From an uncultured Gammaproteobacteria bacterium (GTDB lineage: Bacteria > Pseudomonadota > Gammaproteobacteria > GCA-002705445 > GCA-002716945), in assembly GCA_913045115.1 (NCBI GenBank), contig CAJWPJ010000002.1, positions 669 to 64,668 on the forward strand: a stretch of 64,000 bases of DNA, read 5' to 3'. This document shows, in pieces, positions 11,041 through 23,952 of the stretch. Made by a program: the position numbers and the translations under genes. The notes under the pieces were generated by a model. The model ran no database searches and had not been told where the DNA came from. It saw only the letters and a list, made by a program, of their open reading frames with translations. Within the stretch, counting starts at the first letter, position 1. Each line of letters starts with the position of its first letter.

Positions 11041-12535
11041 TAAACCAGCTTTCTCTGGCTTGCATAATTACTTTACCGGCGGCTTCATTTGAAATATCAA
11101 TAATATCTAATAGCTCATCAATAGATAAGTCAGCCACATCGCTAATAGTTAATATACCATTATTTTTAAGCAATGTGACTTGATCGTCTGTTAATTCAAT
11201 TAAATTTGTCAAAGAATTTTTATCATCAATTTCCTTTTGTTGCTTTTCATATTCATCAATAGCTCTTTTTCTAAGTTCATTGACAAGTTCTCTATCAAAA
11301 CCGTTAATTTCTTCTAGTTCTTCAATTTCACATAAGGCAATTTCATCAATACTTGTGAACCCCTCCTCAGCGAGGATCTTAGCGACATCATTATCAACAT
11401 TCAAATTTTGTTGAAATTTTTCAGCTGTTTCTTCCTCTTCTTTTGTGTTCTTTATATCAGCATCACTTTTACTCATTACATTCAAGTTCCAACCTGTAAG
11501 TTCGCTTGCAAGTCTTACGTTTTGTCCACCTCTTCCTATGGCTTGAGAAAGTTGTTCCTCAGCTACAGCAATATCCATAGTTTTACTAGTTTCATCTACA
11601 ACTATTGACAAAACTTCTGCAGGAGACATGGCGTTTATGACAAACTTAGCAGGATCATCATCATGTGGGATAATATCAATTCTCTCTCCTGCTAGCTCAT
11701 TTGATACTGACTGAACTCGTGACCCTCTCATGCCCACACATGCTCCAATTGCATCAAGTTTAGGGTCATTTGACTTCACCGCGATTTTCGCCCTCACACC
11801 TGGATCCCTTGAAGCTCCAAGAATCTCTATAATACCCTGTCCTACCTCAGGTACCTCTAAACGAAACAGCTCTATTAAAAACTCAGGACATTTTCTTGAG
11901 ATATATAGTTGGGGGCCCCTTGACTCTGATTGAACATCCATCAAAAAACCTCTAATTCGATCTCCAGGTTTTATAATCTCTCTAGGTATAAGATTATCTT
12001 TTAAAATCATCGCCTCATCTGACACGCTTCCGCTCTCATTTGAACTGAGATCTAAGAAGACATTATTTTTATCAACTCTTCTTACAATTCCAAATAATAA
12101 TTCACCTATTTTCGGAGAATAAAGGTCAACAATTCTATTTCTTTCAGCGGCTTTTAACCTTGATACAATATTTTGTTTTGCAGTTTGTGCAACAATTCTA
12201 CCAAATTCGACAGATTCAATTTCTTGAGTTATAAAGTCCCCAACCTCTATACTTGGATCTCTCTCTTTTGCTATGTCAATTAGCATCTTCATCTCATACT
12301 CATCATCGATTAATATTTCACTTACAACTTCCCACCTTCTTAAGGTTTGATATGATCCGTCATCTTGGTTGATTGTAACCTGTACATCAATCTCATCATG
12401 TGTCTTATTGTCAAGTTTATATTTTTTTTTAACTGCTGATGCTAAAGCATGTTCCATCGCGTCAATGATGATTTCTCTATCTACATTTTTTTCATTTGAA
12501 ACGGTATCGATTATGAGAAGGATCTCTTTATTCAT
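11024..12535 (-). CDS. nusA: Transcription termination/antitermination factor NusA
   Basis: 503 aa. S1 domain, tandem KH domains and C-terminal acidic repeats, in rimP-nusA-infB order. Confidence 0.95.
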   Translation of the reverse strand: MNKEILLIIDTVSNEKNVDREIIIDAMEHALASAVKKKYKLDNKTHDEIDVQVTINQDDGSYQTLRRWEVVSEILIDDEYEMKMLIDIAKERDPSIEVGDFITQEIESVEFGRIVAQTAKQNIVSRLKAAERNRIVDLYSPKIGELLFGIVRRVDKNNVFLDLSSNESGSVSDEAMILKDNLIPREIIKPGDRIRGFLMDVQSESRGPQLYISRKCPEFLIELFRLEVPEVGQGIIEILGASRDPGVRAKIAVKSNDPKLDAIGACVGMRGSRVQSVSNELAGERIDIIPHDDDPAKFVINAMSPAEVLSIVVDETSKTMDIAVAEEQLSQAIGRGGQNVRLASELTGWNLNVMSKSDADIKNTKEEEETAEKFQQNLNVDNDVAKILAEEGFTSIDEIALCEIEELEEINGFDRELVNELRKRAIDEYEKQQKEIDDKNSLTNLIELTDDQVTLLKNNGILTISDVADLSIDELLDIIDISNEAAGKVIMQARESWFNEEND

Positions 12536-12987
12536 ACTTTAATCTCCCTAATTAGATTAGCTTTCTTTATATTATCAATTGAAATCTCAACAGCAGTTTT
12601 TTGATCTTGAAAAACTATTTTATTATTAACAATTTTATACGTCCCAGTGAAACGCTTATGATTGTTAATACTCCTTTTAAGTTCCACAAAGGCTTTCTCT
12701 CCTTGATATTTAATAAAATCATTCAAATTAAACAGAGGTCTATTTATTCCTGGGGATGATACTTCTATGTTGTAATCACCATCAATAATGTCATCTAGTT
12801 TGATAATATTTTGTGCAACTTTAGTAACATTAGTACATGATTCAATTGTAACTCCATGGCTAGATTCAATCATGATTTGAATAGATTTTTGGTTACGAAC
12901 ACCAAATATTTTTACATTTATAGCTTCAATATTATCATCAAGCATTTCGTTAACTCTGTTCATAAGTTTATCTTCAATATCATTCAT
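12532..12987 (-). CDS. rimP: Ribosome maturation factor RimP
   Basis: 151 aa. Located immediately downstream of metY and overlapping nusA by 4 nt, as in the E. coli metY-rimP-nusA-infB operon. Confidence 0.85.
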   Translation of the reverse strand: MNDIEDKLMNRVNEMLDDNIEAINVKIFGVRNQKSIQIMIESSHGVTIESCTNVTKVAQNIIKLDDIIDGDYNIEVSSPGINRPLFNLNDFIKYQGEKAFVELKRSINNHKRFTGTYKIVNNKIVFQDQKTAVEISIDNIKKANLIREIKV

Positions 12988-13073
12988 AAATATGCATTAA
13001 AATGGCCCCATAAGGAGCCGTGATTGTATTGTATATCAAAATTTAGTTAATGCGAGAGAAAATTATACTTTGT

Positions 13074-13150
<77 letters not shown>

Positions 13151-13189
13151 CTGCTTTGAAGTCTATAGTTTATGAGGTTTTTTTTCAAG

Positions 13190-14620
13190 TCAAATAGAAA
13201 TATCTACCAGTATGCTGGCTAGGTAGCTCGTTATGTCAAACATGATAAATGGAAATACCCCTAAACCTAGGAGTAGAATTACATTAATCGATAGCAATAT
13301 ATTGTTTCTGGTGTATGTCGAAATTAAGTTTTCTCTGTTCTCAAAATAAATTGTTTTGATGATTCTTAAATAATAATACGCTGATATAACGGTCATCAAA
13401 ACAACGAGCACTGAAAGTATAATATAAGAGTTATTTATTAGTGCCTGTATGACCATAAGTTTAGCGTGAAATCCAATTAACGGGGGTATACCTGCTGAAG
13501 ATAACATTGTAATTAATATCAAAATCGCAAAGTATGGATGAGTTTTTGATAAACCAGCTAAATCAGATATATCCTCAATCCCATGACTATTTGAAGTTAT
13601 ATGAGTGATAATTCCAAATGATGCCAAGGCTGTGAATGAGTAGACTATAGTATAATATAACGATGCATTAAGACCATCATCTGTTACTAACCCCATAGCT
13701 AAAATAATAAAGCCAATATTAGAAATAGCTGAGTAAGCTAATAACCTTTTCATATTCTCTTGTGTAAGAGCAAATATACTTCCAATAACAATAGATGCAA
13801 TACCAATGAAAATTAATATATCAGACCAAATAAAAGCTAAAGTTATAAACGGGATGAAGTATAATTTTAGGAAAACCACAAATACAGCTACTTTAGGAAG
13901 AGTGCTGAGAAGGATTGTCGTACTCACCAGCGAGCCCTGATAAATATCCGGTACCCAAATATGGAATGGAGCTGCGCCGAACTTAAAACATAAACTTGCA
14001 GTGATAAAAATCATACCAAAAATTATTCCTAAAAACTGCACAGAATTATTATTAACACTACTAATTTGCTCAGCTATTTCAAAGTAATCGATAGATCCTG
14101 TGAATCCATAAATTAATGAAATTCCAAATAAGAGTATTCCTGAAGACATGGCGCCTAATATATAATATTTGATAGCTGCTTCAGAGGATAATTTTGAGGC
14201 TTTATTAAATCCTATTAATGCATACAGCGCTAGTGATAAAAGTTCAATTCCCAAATAGAGCATCAATAAACTATACGCGGATATCATTATCATAGTACCA
14301 ATCAAACCTAATACTGAGATGGTGAAGTACTCAATTTTGAGGTTATTAAGATAATTTAAATGTCTATAGGTGTAGTGAAATATAATCAGCGCTCCAACTA
14401 AAAGTAAAAACTTAATCAAACTAGTAAACTTACTAAACTCATAAGAGCTATAGGCATGAGTAGGAACCTCTGTTAGGGCATAGAAAGATGCTAGAATTAT
14501 TAAAAACTGTATTAATAGATATGAAAAATATTTTTGTTTCTCAATATAAAGATCAATTACAATAACGAGTAGAATTCCAATAGAAAGTATAATTTCAGGA
14601 ATATAAAATAAATCAAACAT
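13190..14620 (-). CDS. nuoN: NADH-quinone oxidoreductase subunit N
   Basis: 476 aa polytopic antiporter-like subunit, last gene of the nuo operon. Confidence 0.9.
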   Translation of the reverse strand: MFDLFYIPEIILSIGILLVIVIDLYIEKQKYFSYLLIQFLIILASFYALTEVPTHAYSSYEFSKFTSLIKFLLLVGALIIFHYTYRHLNYLNNLKIEYFTISVLGLIGTMIMISAYSLLMLYLGIELLSLALYALIGFNKASKLSSEAAIKYYILGAMSSGILLFGISLIYGFTGSIDYFEIAEQISSVNNNSVQFLGIIFGMIFITASLCFKFGAAPFHIWVPDIYQGSLVSTTILLSTLPKVAVFVVFLKLYFIPFITLAFIWSDILIFIGIASIVIGSIFALTQENMKRLLAYSAISNIGFIILAMGLVTDDGLNASLYYTIVYSFTALASFGIITHITSNSHGIEDISDLAGLSKTHPYFAILILITMLSSAGIPPLIGFHAKLMVIQALINNSYIILSVLVVLMTVISAYYYLRIIKTIYFENRENLISTYTRNNILLSINVILLLGLGVFPFIMFDITSYLASILVDISI

Positions 14621-16122
14621 TATGCTCTACCTATTGAAATGGATGTAATGATATCATTAACCGATTTATCTAAGAGATTAAATAAAAAATCAGGGCTTAT
14701 ACCTAGATAAAGTACGAAAATAACAAGAGCGCTTAAGACTATTTTCTCATTGTTCATACATTCTATGTAGCCTTGATGATTTTTCTGGTTATCTCCAAAT
14801 AAAACATTTTTTCCTAGTTTAAGCGAATATGAAGCAGACAAGATTAGAGATAATGCTGCAAGCAAACCGAAGAGGAAACTAGAACCTAATGCAGATGTGA
14901 TGACTAAAAACTCTCCAACGAATCCTGATGTACCAGGTAAACCTGAGTTAGCCATCAAGAAAAAAATCATGAGGAAAGAGAATATAGGCATAAACTGGGC
15001 AACACCATAGTTATCCTTTATTAATCGTGAATGAGAATATCTATACATAATACCAATACAGAAAAACAAAGCGGCAGATATAAGTCCGTGAGATATCATC
15101 TGAATCATTGCTCCCTCCAAGCCTATTTCAGCAGCTGTGGGATTTTTTCCAAGAAGATTAAAAACAAGAAAGATTCCCATAGTGACAAACCCCATATGCG
15201 CAACAGAAGAATAAGCAATAAGTTTTTTCATGTCCTCTTGAGCAAAAGCAACAAAACTAATATATATGATTGCAACTAATGATAGGAAGATCATGTACTC
15301 ACTTAGATATATACCTGCTTCAGTTGTGATAGGTAACAAAAACCTTATCATTCCATAGCCGCCGACCTTGAGAAGAACAGATGCTAATATCACCGAACCA
15401 CTAGTAGGTGCTTCAACATGAGCATCTGGCAGCCATGTATGCACTGGCCACATTGGGATTTTTATTCCAAAACCAATTAAAAAAGCCAGAAGGATAAGTA
15501 CTTCTTCCTCGAATGATAGCGTCAGAGAGTAGAAATCCCTTATAGCAAACGAGCCAGCAAGATTTGCAAGATACAGAATAGATATAAGCATCAAGACCGA
15601 GCCGAACAAAGTGTAAAGAAAAAATTTAATAGTCGCATATTTTCTATTTTCTCCACCCCATATCCCAATAATTAAAAATAATGGGATGAGTAAACTCTCA
15701 AAGAAAATATAAAATAAGATGCTATCAAATGCTGAAAATGTTCCTATTAGCAAGCCTTCAAGAATTAAAAAATACCCTAAGTATGATGACTTGTTTTCAT
15801 AATTTTCTGATGATGCAAAGATTGCTATCAATAGATTTATAAAAGATGTTAGTAATATTAGTGATACAGAGATACCGTCAACTGCTAGATAATAAAAAAT
15901 ATTTAATCCAGATATCCATACTAGTTTCTCAACAAATTGCAACTCACCAGATAAGTGATCATAAGATTGAAAGAGTTTGATAGAAATAATAAAAACTAAA
16001 AAAGTAGTTAATAAAGTTATTAATGCGGATGATGACTTACCAAAATCACTGGAGACGACAAGCATCAAACCTACTATGATAGGCAGCCATACTAAAATGC
16101 TTAGTATTGGATAATCTAACAT
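14620..16122 (-). CDS. nuoM: NADH-quinone oxidoreductase subunit M
   Basis: 500 aa antiporter-like membrane subunit, in operon order. Confidence 0.9.
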   Translation of the reverse strand: MLDYPILSILVWLPIIVGLMLVVSSDFGKSSSALITLLTTFLVFIISIKLFQSYDHLSGELQFVEKLVWISGLNIFYYLAVDGISVSLILLTSFINLLIAIFASSENYENKSSYLGYFLILEGLLIGTFSAFDSILFYIFFESLLIPLFLIIGIWGGENRKYATIKFFLYTLFGSVLMLISILYLANLAGSFAIRDFYSLTLSFEEEVLILLAFLIGFGIKIPMWPVHTWLPDAHVEAPTSGSVILASVLLKVGGYGMIRFLLPITTEAGIYLSEYMIFLSLVAIIYISFVAFAQEDMKKLIAYSSVAHMGFVTMGIFLVFNLLGKNPTAAEIGLEGAMIQMISHGLISAALFFCIGIMYRYSHSRLIKDNYGVAQFMPIFSFLMIFFLMANSGLPGTSGFVGEFLVITSALGSSFLFGLLAALSLILSASYSLKLGKNVLFGDNQKNHQGYIECMNNEKIVLSALVIFVLYLGISPDFLFNLLDKSVNDIITSISIGRA

Positions 16123-18048
16123 TTAGTGTGCAATCCTCATAATTATCAACAAAAGAATTAGAGCCGAAATAATAATAAGTGAATAATGATAAATATACCC
16201 CGTTTGAAGTTTTTTGACTTTATTAGATAGGGAGTTGATAATATTTGATGTGTTGTTTATTAGACCATTGTCAATAGTAGAAATATCAATATCTTTCCAT
16301 AAAAATCTAGAGATATTATTTTGGATTCTAGGTATAAAATATCTTGAGAGACTATCAAAACCGTATTCTTTTTCTATGACAGCTCTTATGAAGCGTGGAA
16401 TGCTAATATCAAATGATCTTTTATAAAAGTAAAAATAACTAAAAATTAGACCTGCAAATAAGATTAGAAAATTAATTGTCATGAAGGAGTGTAGAAAGAA
16501 ATTTAGAGAGTTTATAACATAGTTATTGTAGAAAGATATGGTTAGTTCGTTAGCAGCCAAAGAGTCTTGGAAGAGAAGACCCATCATTAGTGGATCATAT
16601 ATAAATAATCCAAGGAAAACAGCTGGAGCAGTCAAAACGAACAAAGGAAGAAGCATTTGACGATCATTTTCTATTTTGAAATTGTTCTCCTCTGACTTAG
16701 GCAGTGAACATTTACCAAAGAAAACTTTAAAAAATATTTTTGACGTATAGAGCGTTGTGGTAAAAATCGATAACAACAACATTAAATATGGTATTGTGTG
16801 ACCGAAATATCCTACCGCATCGATAATTGACTCTTTTGAATAAAAGCCAGATGTTAAGGGAAATCCAATTAAGGATAATGAAGCATAAAGGAAAGCTAAA
16901 TAAGTAATTGGCATTACTTTCCTCAGTCCTGCTATCTTTCTTATGTCTTGTTCATGGTGACATTTGATAATAATAGATCCTGCGCATAAAAAAAGTAGAG
17001 CTTTAAAAAAAGCGTGGGTTATTAGATGAAACATAGCTAGTGAATATAGTGATGCACCTAATGCGGCTGTCATATATCCTAACTGAGATATTGTAGAGTA
17101 TGCGATAATCCTCTTTATGTCGTTTTGAACTAAAGCAACTAATCCTAAAAAAAAAGCAGTAATAGAACCAATATACAAAATGAAAATCAATACTCCATCA
17201 GTCAATTCGTATAAGGGCGAAAGGCGTGCAACCATATAAATACCAGCAGTAACCATAGTTGCTGCATGAATAAGTGCTGAAATTGGTGTAGGCCCCTCCA
17301 TGGAATCTGGTAGCCAAAATTGCAACGGTACTTGTGCTGATTTTGCCATTGCCCCAATAAATAAGAGCATGCAGATAGCGCTCAATGCACTAAATGAATA
17401 TCCAAATATATCCATCCTATCCATATCAATCGAATTTTTTATCTCAAATATCTGATTATAATCTGTGGTGCTGTATGAAAGTAAGATTAAACATAAGCCA
17501 AGCAAAAGTCCCACATCTCCAACCCTATTTACCAAAAAAGCCTTGTAGTTTGCACTGATAGCAGATTCTTTTTTTATCCAAAAACCTATGAGTAGATAGG
17601 ATGATAGTCCTACCAACTCCCAACCAATGAATAGTTGCAAAAAATTATTCGAGAATACAATAAGAAGCATAGAGAAGGTAAAGAAGTTCGTGTAAATAAA
17701 AAATCTATTAAATGATCGATCATGTTTCATATAAGAGATCGAATAATAGTGAACTAGTAATGACACTGATGTTACAACGCTACTCATAACTAAAGATAAC
17801 GAATCGATATAAAGTCCAAAATATAGAGAGAATAATTTTATATCAGCAAATGTAAGAACATTAATTGACTGCGGGACAGAATTAGAGGAGTAATATAAAT
17901 AGAGAATGAACAATGATAATAGAAAAGAAATTAATATTGATATATTTGAGATGAGGATTGAATATTTTTTTGACCTATTTTGACAAGTTAACAAGAGGAG
18001 TGTTCCTATTAAGGGCGAGATAAGCAATATGATTGTTAATGCTGTCAA
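16123..18048 (-). CDS. nuoL: NADH-quinone oxidoreductase subunit L
   Basis: 641 aa antiporter-like subunit with a long C-terminal helix extension. Confidence 0.9.
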   Translation of the reverse strand: MTALTIILLISPLIGTLLLLTCQNRSKKYSILISNISILISFLLSLFILYLYYSSNSVPQSINVLTFADIKLFSLYFGLYIDSLSLVMSSVVTSVSLLVHYYSISYMKHDRSFNRFFIYTNFFTFSMLLIVFSNNFLQLFIGWELVGLSSYLLIGFWIKKESAISANYKAFLVNRVGDVGLLLGLCLILLSYSTTDYNQIFEIKNSIDMDRMDIFGYSFSALSAICMLLFIGAMAKSAQVPLQFWLPDSMEGPTPISALIHAATMVTAGIYMVARLSPLYELTDGVLIFILYIGSITAFFLGLVALVQNDIKRIIAYSTISQLGYMTAALGASLYSLAMFHLITHAFFKALLFLCAGSIIIKCHHEQDIRKIAGLRKVMPITYLAFLYASLSLIGFPLTSGFYSKESIIDAVGYFGHTIPYLMLLLSIFTTTLYTSKIFFKVFFGKCSLPKSEENNFKIENDRQMLLPLFVLTAPAVFLGLFIYDPLMMGLLFQDSLAANELTISFYNNYVINSLNFFLHSFMTINFLILFAGLIFSYFYFYKRSFDISIPRFIRAVIEKEYGFDSLSRYFIPRIQNNISRFLWKDIDISTIDNGLINNTSNIINSLSNKVKKLQTGYIYHYSLIIISALILLLIIMRIAH

Positions 18049-18350
18049 CCCTTTAACTCCGATAAATCATCTACATCTATAGATTTCTTATTTCTAAATA
18101 GTACTATTAACAACGCAAGACCAATTGCAGATTCCGCAGCAACAACTGTGAGTACAAAAAAAACAAAAACCTGTCCAGTAAGGTCTCCAAGATAGTTTCC
18201 TAGTGTAATGAGGTTAAAGTTCACGGACAAGAACATAAGTTCTAAGGACATTAATAAAACTAGAATATTTTTTCTATTGATGAATATCCCAGCAATAGAC
18301 AGTGTGAATATAATTGTACTCAATATCAGGTAGTAGCTAATTGGTATCAT
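18045..18350 (-). CDS. nuoK: NADH-quinone oxidoreductase subunit K
   Basis: 101 aa protein with 3 transmembrane helices. Confidence 0.9.
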   Translation of the reverse strand: MIPISYYLILSTIIFTLSIAGIFINRKNILVLLMSLELMFLSVNFNLITLGNYLGDLTGQVFVFFVLTVVAAESAIGLALLIVLFRNKKSIDVDDLSELKG

Positions 18351-18351
18351 A

Positions 18352-18948
18352 CTATTCTTTCAAACCTTTAATTACTTTAAGTCTATCTTTTTTTCTTACA
18401 TCTATCTGTCTTGCTGGATCTTGATATTTATTATTTGGATTCTTACGATATGTTAAAATAATGGCAGACAGTATACCAAGCAGAAGTATTAATCCTGCTA
18501 TCTCAAATTCAAGAATATAATCTGTAAAAAGAACAAAACCTAGATTTTCTGTATTACTCTCACTTATGATATTTATGCTACTTATTGCGTTATAGTTAAT
18601 GTTCTCGAAAGTATTAATAAAGAATAAGATAATTAGGATATTAAAAACTATAAAAATTCCTATTCCCAATGGTAAATATTTAATATAGGCTGCATTTTTC
18701 TTTGCAATATTTATATCAAGCATCATTACAACAAATAGAAAGAGGACCATTACTGCACCTACATAAACAAGAATGAGTATGATTGATAAAAATTCAGCTC
18801 CTAATAAAAGCCATAAGACAGCAGATAGAAAGAATGAAAAAACTAAATTGATTGCAGATAAAACAGGGTTTGAAGATGTAATTACTTTTATAGATGTGAA
18901 GATTAGTAATGAGCTAAAGATGATGAAGGTTATGAGCTCAATATTCAT
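18352..18948 (-). CDS. nuoJ: NADH-quinone oxidoreductase subunit J
   Basis: 198 aa membrane subunit, in operon position. Confidence 0.85.
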   Translation of the reverse strand: MNIELITFIIFSSLLIFTSIKVITSSNPVLSAINLVFSFFLSAVLWLLLGAEFLSIILILVYVGAVMVLFLFVVMMLDINIAKKNAAYIKYLPLGIGIFIVFNILIILFFINTFENINYNAISSINIISESNTENLGFVLFTDYILEFEIAGLILLLGILSAIILTYRKNPNNKYQDPARQIDVRKKDRLKVIKGLKE

Positions 18949-19427
18949 AGTTTATTTCTTTCTCTATCTTTTAGTTCTTCTTTCTCATACATATCGCCTA
19001 TTTTGAGGAGATCAAGTTTATTCATGACACTGTCCTTTCTCCGCTCAAAATGATACTCAAAAATGCCTGTCTCTACAATTGCATCGACTGGACATGCCTC
19101 CTCACAGAACCCGCAATAAATGCACTTGAATAAATCAATTTCATATTTAGTAGTTCGCCTTGTCTTATCACTTCTTTCCTCAGTATCAATTGAAATGGCT
19201 AATGCAGGACATACTGCTTCACATAATTTACAACCAATGCATCTCTCTTCGCCATTTGGATATTTTCTTAGCGCATGCAAGCCTCTGAATCTTGATGATA
19301 AAGGTGTCTTTTCCTCAGGATACTGAATAGTTATAGGTTCCTTAGAAAGTTTTTGACCTGTAATTTTCAGTCCTTTTAATATCTCAAGAAAAAATAAACT
19401 TTTTATAAACTTAATGATTTTATTCAT
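18945..19427 (-). CDS. nuoI: NADH-quinone oxidoreductase subunit I
   Basis: 160 aa with two 4Fe-4S ferredoxin motifs ([12 protein letters not shown] and [12 protein letters not shown]). Confidence 0.95.
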   Translation of the reverse strand: MNKIIKFIKSLFFLEILKGLKITGQKLSKEPITIQYPEEKTPLSSRFRGLHALRKYPNGEERCIGCKLCEAVCPALAISIDTEERSDKTRRTTKYEIDLFKCIYCGFCEEACPVDAIVETGIFEYHFERRKDSVMNKLDLLKIGDMYEKEELKDRERNKL

Positions 19428-19429
19428 AA

Positions 19430-20443
19430 TTATAGTGGCAAATATTTAAGATATATTAGTATACCTATAACTGTAAGCCAAAAGAATGTTATTGGTAAAA
19501 AAACTTTCCAACCCAAACGCATAATTTGGTCATATCTATATCTTGGAAGAGTTGCTCTTAACCATAAGAACACGAAAATGAAAATCATTGTTTTTAATGA
19601 TAGCCATACGAATCCAGGAACGAAGGCAAAATATATATCTAAAAAAGTTCCTTGAAATGGGGAAAGCCAACCGCCAAAAAATAATATACTAGATAGTATA
19701 CTAATTAGGATTAAATTCATGTACTCCGCCAGGAAAAACATGGCAAATGCCATTCCAGAGTACTCAACATGAAATCCTGCTACAATTTCAGATTCGCCTT
19801 CAGACACATCAAATGGTGCTCTATTAGTTTCAGCAACGCCAGCAATGAAATAAATTAGAAATAGTGGAAACAGCGGCAACCAATACCAATTAAAGATTGA
19901 GCCTGACTGTTCTTGAATAATAACTTGTAAATTCAAACTACCCGATAACATCAATACTCCGACTAAAGCGAAACCCATTGCAATTTCATATGCAATTATT
20001 TGAGCAGCAGATCTCATCGATCCAAGAAAAGCATACTTTGAATTAGACGCCCAACCAGCGAGAATCACTCCATAAACACTTAAAGAAGTAAGGGCTAATA
20101 TAAATAATAAGCCAGCATTAATATTTGAAATAATAAATAATTCAGACAAAGGGATTACTGCCCAAACTAACAAAGATGGAACAAGCATAAGCATTGGCGC
20201 AGTCAGAAAAATGCCTTTACTAGCGTTAGTTGGTATTATAATTTCTTTTGATACTAACTTAAGTACATCAGCTATAGGTTGCAAAAGACCAGAAGGTCCT
20301 ACTCTTGTTGGACCCATTCTTGATTGCATAAAACCAATAATTTTTCTTTCAGAATATGTGACATATGCAACAATTAAAAATAAGGGGATCACGACTGTAA
20401 GTATCGATATCACAGTGTTAATGATATAAAAGATAATATCCAT
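19430..20443 (-). CDS. nuoH: NADH-quinone oxidoreductase subunit H
   Basis: 337 aa polytopic NuoH/ND1 family protein. Confidence 0.9.
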   Translation of the reverse strand: MDIIFYIINTVISILTVVIPLFLIVAYVTYSERKIIGFMQSRMGPTRVGPSGLLQPIADVLKLVSKEIIIPTNASKGIFLTAPMLMLVPSLLVWAVIPLSELFIISNINAGLLFILALTSLSVYGVILAGWASNSKYAFLGSMRSAAQIIAYEIAMGFALVGVLMLSGSLNLQVIIQEQSGSIFNWYWLPLFPLFLIYFIAGVAETNRAPFDVSEGESEIVAGFHVEYSGMAFAMFFLAEYMNLILISILSSILFFGGWLSPFQGTFLDIYFAFVPGFVWLSLKTMIFIFVFLWLRATLPRYRYDQIMRLGWKVFLPITFFWLTVIGILIYLKYLPL

Positions 20444-20445
20444 AA

Positions 20446-22686
20446 TTATAGGTCTACTTCTGTATTATAGGCGCCTATCTTCTCTTTATGTGTACCACCT
20501 ATTTTTACTAAAACAGTATTTATTGGCTTAGCATGTTTTTTTTGTTTAATAGTAAGTTTCAATTTATTATTATTTTCGTTTAATATTATTTTGTCATTAT
20601 CTGAAACCGTTTTATCAAGCGGTATGCTGAAATAATCATCATTATCATGAGTATTTAGAAGAGAGTTACATCTTCTAAGTGTAGGATTAGAGGAGTTGGG
20701 GTTTCTAATAACTATTTTTTCTAGGAAATTAGAATTTTTGACATTATCTAAGTTTGCAATTTGTACAAAATTATTGTTCACATTAATCTTAGCTAGTATA
20801 GCTCTAATACTTTTTTTGACACCTTCATGAGTCAAACTACTATCAAATGAATTGCATATGGTTAACAAAATATCTGCTCCATCCTTACTTTCACCAAGTG
20901 GATTAATAATTTTCTCGTACTGTTGTAGCTTTTTATTTGTATTTATATATGATCCGCTAGACTCAACTTGAGTTGATAGAGGGAATACAATATGAGCATA
21001 TTTTTTAATTGATTCTGTCATATATGATGAGAAGAAAATATTAGCCTTGGATTTCTTTAGTTTTTCTAATATTTTGTTGTCATCTGAGAAATCATATTCT
21101 GGTTCAAGATTATAAATCACTAAAAGGTCATCTGTATCACTCAATAATTCATAGTTCCCAGATTTATCAGTTTTATTAATAGCGACTCCTCCTGGCAATC
21201 TGTGCGGCACTATCCCCATAGCCCACGCCCCAGATGTGTTTGCCTGGTCACCTAATAATGACAACTTCATATTATTAGATTCTGCATACCTACTAATATT
21301 GTTCAGAATATTAGAATAGTTTGAAAGATATGAAATTGCTGGACCAAGTATAATAAGGTTATTTCCTGTTTTATCTATATCTACATTTGTTTCGGTAGTC
21401 GATGTGTTAAAGCAATCTGCCAGCTCTTGACTGTTTAAAACATGAGATTTTTTCAGTGGAAAGTTTTCCTCAAATTCATAAGTTGCAAATGAGAAAATAC
21501 TGGTATCATTATTTTTGATTGCCTCTCTGAAGTAGATTGATAAAATTGGAAACTCTTTTGAAACGTTTGTACCGATAATTATGATGTTATCAAGATTTTT
21601 TATTTCAGATAGTTTGATATCAAAAGATGGGATAGTCGGAAAGTTTTTCTGATACCTGAAATCACACTCCTTTGATCGATGGTCAATTTTTCCTATATTA
21701 TTCTCTCTGAGTAAATGCTGAAAAAGATACATTTCCTCGCATGATGACTGAGCAGACATAATTCCACACGATTTTTTTGAGTATAATTTCAGAGACTCAA
21801 TTAAGTAATCAGAAATAGTATTAAAATCAGTCTTTTCAAGATTGTCACCTCTTCTTATCAAGGGATGTAATATCCTATCATCTGATTTTATACCTTCATA
21901 ACCAAATCGATCATTATCTGATAGCCATGATAAATTTATTTCTTCATCTTCTTTCGGAATACAGCGCTTAATCTCATCCTTATATGTATGATAAAAAATA
22001 TTAGAACCAAGACAATCATTTGAAGAAATAGATGATGTTTGTTTTAAATCCCAAGTACGTGCGCTGTATTTATACAGACTATTATTGAGCGCACCGACAG
22101 GACATAAGTCAATTACATTACCAGAAAGTTGAGATGAGAGACCTTGATTTATAAATGTCTCAATTTTAGTTTCTTCACCTCTACCTGTCATACCTAACTC
22201 TTTTATGCCAGCAACCTCCTCACCAAACCTTACACATCTACTACAATGAATGCATCTAGTCATTTCAGTGCTAACTAGATCTCCAATATCTTTGTCAATA
22301 ACGGTTCGCTTTATTTCATTATAAGCAGATTTGTAATCACCATGTTCTAGGGAGACGTCCTGAAGCTCACATTCACCAGCTTGATCACATATTGGACAAT
22401 CAAGTGGATGATTGATTAACAAAAATTCCATTGTATTTTTTTGTGCCTGTGATGCAGAAGTATTAGTTGTATTAACTTTCATGCCATCTCTAACTAGAGT
22501 TGAGCATGCTGGTTGTGGATATTTAGCGCCCTCGACATCAACGAGGCACATCCTACAACTTGCTACAATACTTAACCTTTTATGATAACAGAATCTAGGA
22601 ATATGAATTTCGTTACGATCTGCTACCTGAATGATAGTATCATTTTCGCTTACCTCATATTTTGTATCATTTATATATATATGCAT
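20446..22686 (-). CDS. nuoG: NADH-quinone oxidoreductase subunit G
   Basis: 746 aa. N-terminal 2Fe-2S and 4Fe-4S Cys clusters ([32 protein letters not shown]) followed by a molybdopterin-like domain. Confidence 0.9.
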   Translation of the reverse strand: MHIYINDTKYEVSENDTIIQVADRNEIHIPRFCYHKRLSIVASCRMCLVDVEGAKYPQPACSTLVRDGMKVNTTNTSASQAQKNTMEFLLINHPLDCPICDQAGECELQDVSLEHGDYKSAYNEIKRTVIDKDIGDLVSTEMTRCIHCSRCVRFGEEVAGIKELGMTGRGEETKIETFINQGLSSQLSGNVIDLCPVGALNNSLYKYSARTWDLKQTSSISSNDCLGSNIFYHTYKDEIKRCIPKEDEEINLSWLSDNDRFGYEGIKSDDRILHPLIRRGDNLEKTDFNTISDYLIESLKLYSKKSCGIMSAQSSCEEMYLFQHLLRENNIGKIDHRSKECDFRYQKNFPTIPSFDIKLSEIKNLDNIIIIGTNVSKEFPILSIYFREAIKNNDTSIFSFATYEFEENFPLKKSHVLNSQELADCFNTSTTETNVDIDKTGNNLIILGPAISYLSNYSNILNNISRYAESNNMKLSLLGDQANTSGAWAMGIVPHRLPGGVAINKTDKSGNYELLSDTDDLLVIYNLEPEYDFSDDNKILEKLKKSKANIFFSSYMTESIKKYAHIVFPLSTQVESSGSYINTNKKLQQYEKIINPLGESKDGADILLTICNSFDSSLTHEGVKKSIRAILAKINVNNNFVQIANLDNVKNSNFLEKIVIRNPNSSNPTLRRCNSLLNTHDNDDYFSIPLDKTVSDNDKIILNENNNKLKLTIKQKKHAKPINTVLVKIGGTHKEKIGAYNTEVDL

Positions 22687-23952
22687 TTAGATAATCATTG
22701 ATTGTTTTTTTTCTACAAAATATTCAAACTCATTCCAAAAGTTTGTGAGGAAACTCTTTACCGGCATAGCTGCTGCATCTCCTAAAGCACATATACAATG
22801 TCCTTCGATCTGGTTCGCAACTCTGTTGAGTAAATCCAGATCAGATTGACTTCCATGGCCAGATCTTATCTTTACAAGTGTTTTATATAACCAGCCAGTT
22901 CCCTCTCTGCATGGTGTGCATTGACCGCAAGATTCTGCATAGTAAAATCTTGATATTCTCTCAAGAACCGATACCATGCATGTTGACTCATCCATCACAA
23001 TAACTCCGCCAGAGCCTAGCATGGTGCCAATTTTCATAAGTGGTTCATAATCCATGGGCGTATCCATTATAACCTCACCTTTTACAACAGGTACTGATGA
23101 TCCGCCAGGTATTACAGCTTTGAGTTTTTTATTATCCAAAACTCCACCACATTCGTCTAATAATTTCGAAAATCGTGTTCCCAGAGGAGCTTCAATCACA
23201 TTTGGTTTAGTTAAGTGCCCGCTCATACAAAACATTTTTACTCCATGTGAATCACCTTCTCCAAGATTTTTGTACCAATCTGTACCATTCTTAATGATAT
23301 AAGGTATAGATGATAGAGTTTCTGTATTATTTATTATAGTTGGCTTGCCATAGAGGCCTTGTACTGCAGGAAATGGTGGCTTGATTCTTGGCATACCCCT
23401 CTTTCCTTCAATAGATTCAAGCATCGCTGTTTCCTCACCAACTATATATGCTCCAGCTCCAATTAGTGGGATTATGTCTATTGATATATTGGATTCTAGT
23501 ATATTAGTGCCTATGAGTTTTTGATCATATGCCTCTTTAATTGCATTATTAGTCACATTCCATTGATCACCAATAAATTCTCCTCTTAAATAATTATAGC
23601 CAACAGATGCTCCAATAGCGTAGCACGCTATTAACATTCCCTCGATTACAGAGTGAGGATTATATCTTAGTATATCTCTGTCTTTGCAAGTACCTGGTTC
23701 ACTCTCATCTGAATTACAGACTAAATATTTCTGTGAGTCATTTGGTGATATAAAGGACCATTTCAATCCAGTTAGAAACCCAGCTCCGCCTTTACCTTTA
23801 AGTTGAGATTCTTTTACCGTATTTATTATCTCAGACTTTGAGGTTTTCTCTGTAATTATTTTCTTCCATGCAGAGTATCCACCTAGTTTGATATAAGTAT
23901 CAATAGATGATGGGTTTTTATGCCCGAAGGTTTGTGTACATACTTTAATCAT
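22687..23952 (-). CDS. nuoF: NADH-quinone oxidoreductase subunit F
   Basis: 421 aa with NADH/FMN-binding motifs (GAGAYIVGEETA) and a 4Fe-4S cluster (ESCGQCTPCREG). Confidence 0.95.
   Translation of the reverse strand: MIKVCTQTFGHKNPSSIDTYIKLGGYSAWKKIITEKTSKSEIINTVKESQLKGKGGAGFLTGLKWSFISPNDSQKYLVCNSDESEPGTCKDRDILRYNPHSVIEGMLIACYAIGASVGYNYLRGEFIGDQWNVTNNAIKEAYDQKLIGTNILESNISIDIIPLIGAGAYIVGEETAMLESIEGKRGMPRIKPPFPAVQGLYGKPTIINNTETLSSIPYIIKNGTDWYKNLGEGDSHGVKMFCMSGHLTKPNVIEAPLGTRFSKLLDECGGVLDNKKLKAVIPGGSSVPVVKGEVIMDTPMDYEPLMKIGTMLGSGGVIVMDESTCMVSVLERISRFYYAESCGQCTPCREGTGWLYKTLVKIRSGHGSQSDLDLLNRVANQIEGHCICALGDAAAMPVKSFLTNFWNEFEYFVEKKQSMII

Noticed and set aside
12988-13073. Possible hairpin (GGCCCC…GGAGCC) in the metY-rimP spacer
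   Set aside because: The inverted repeat is imperfect and short. The region is more simply the tRNA 3' trailer plus the rimP ribosome-binding site (AAGGAG).
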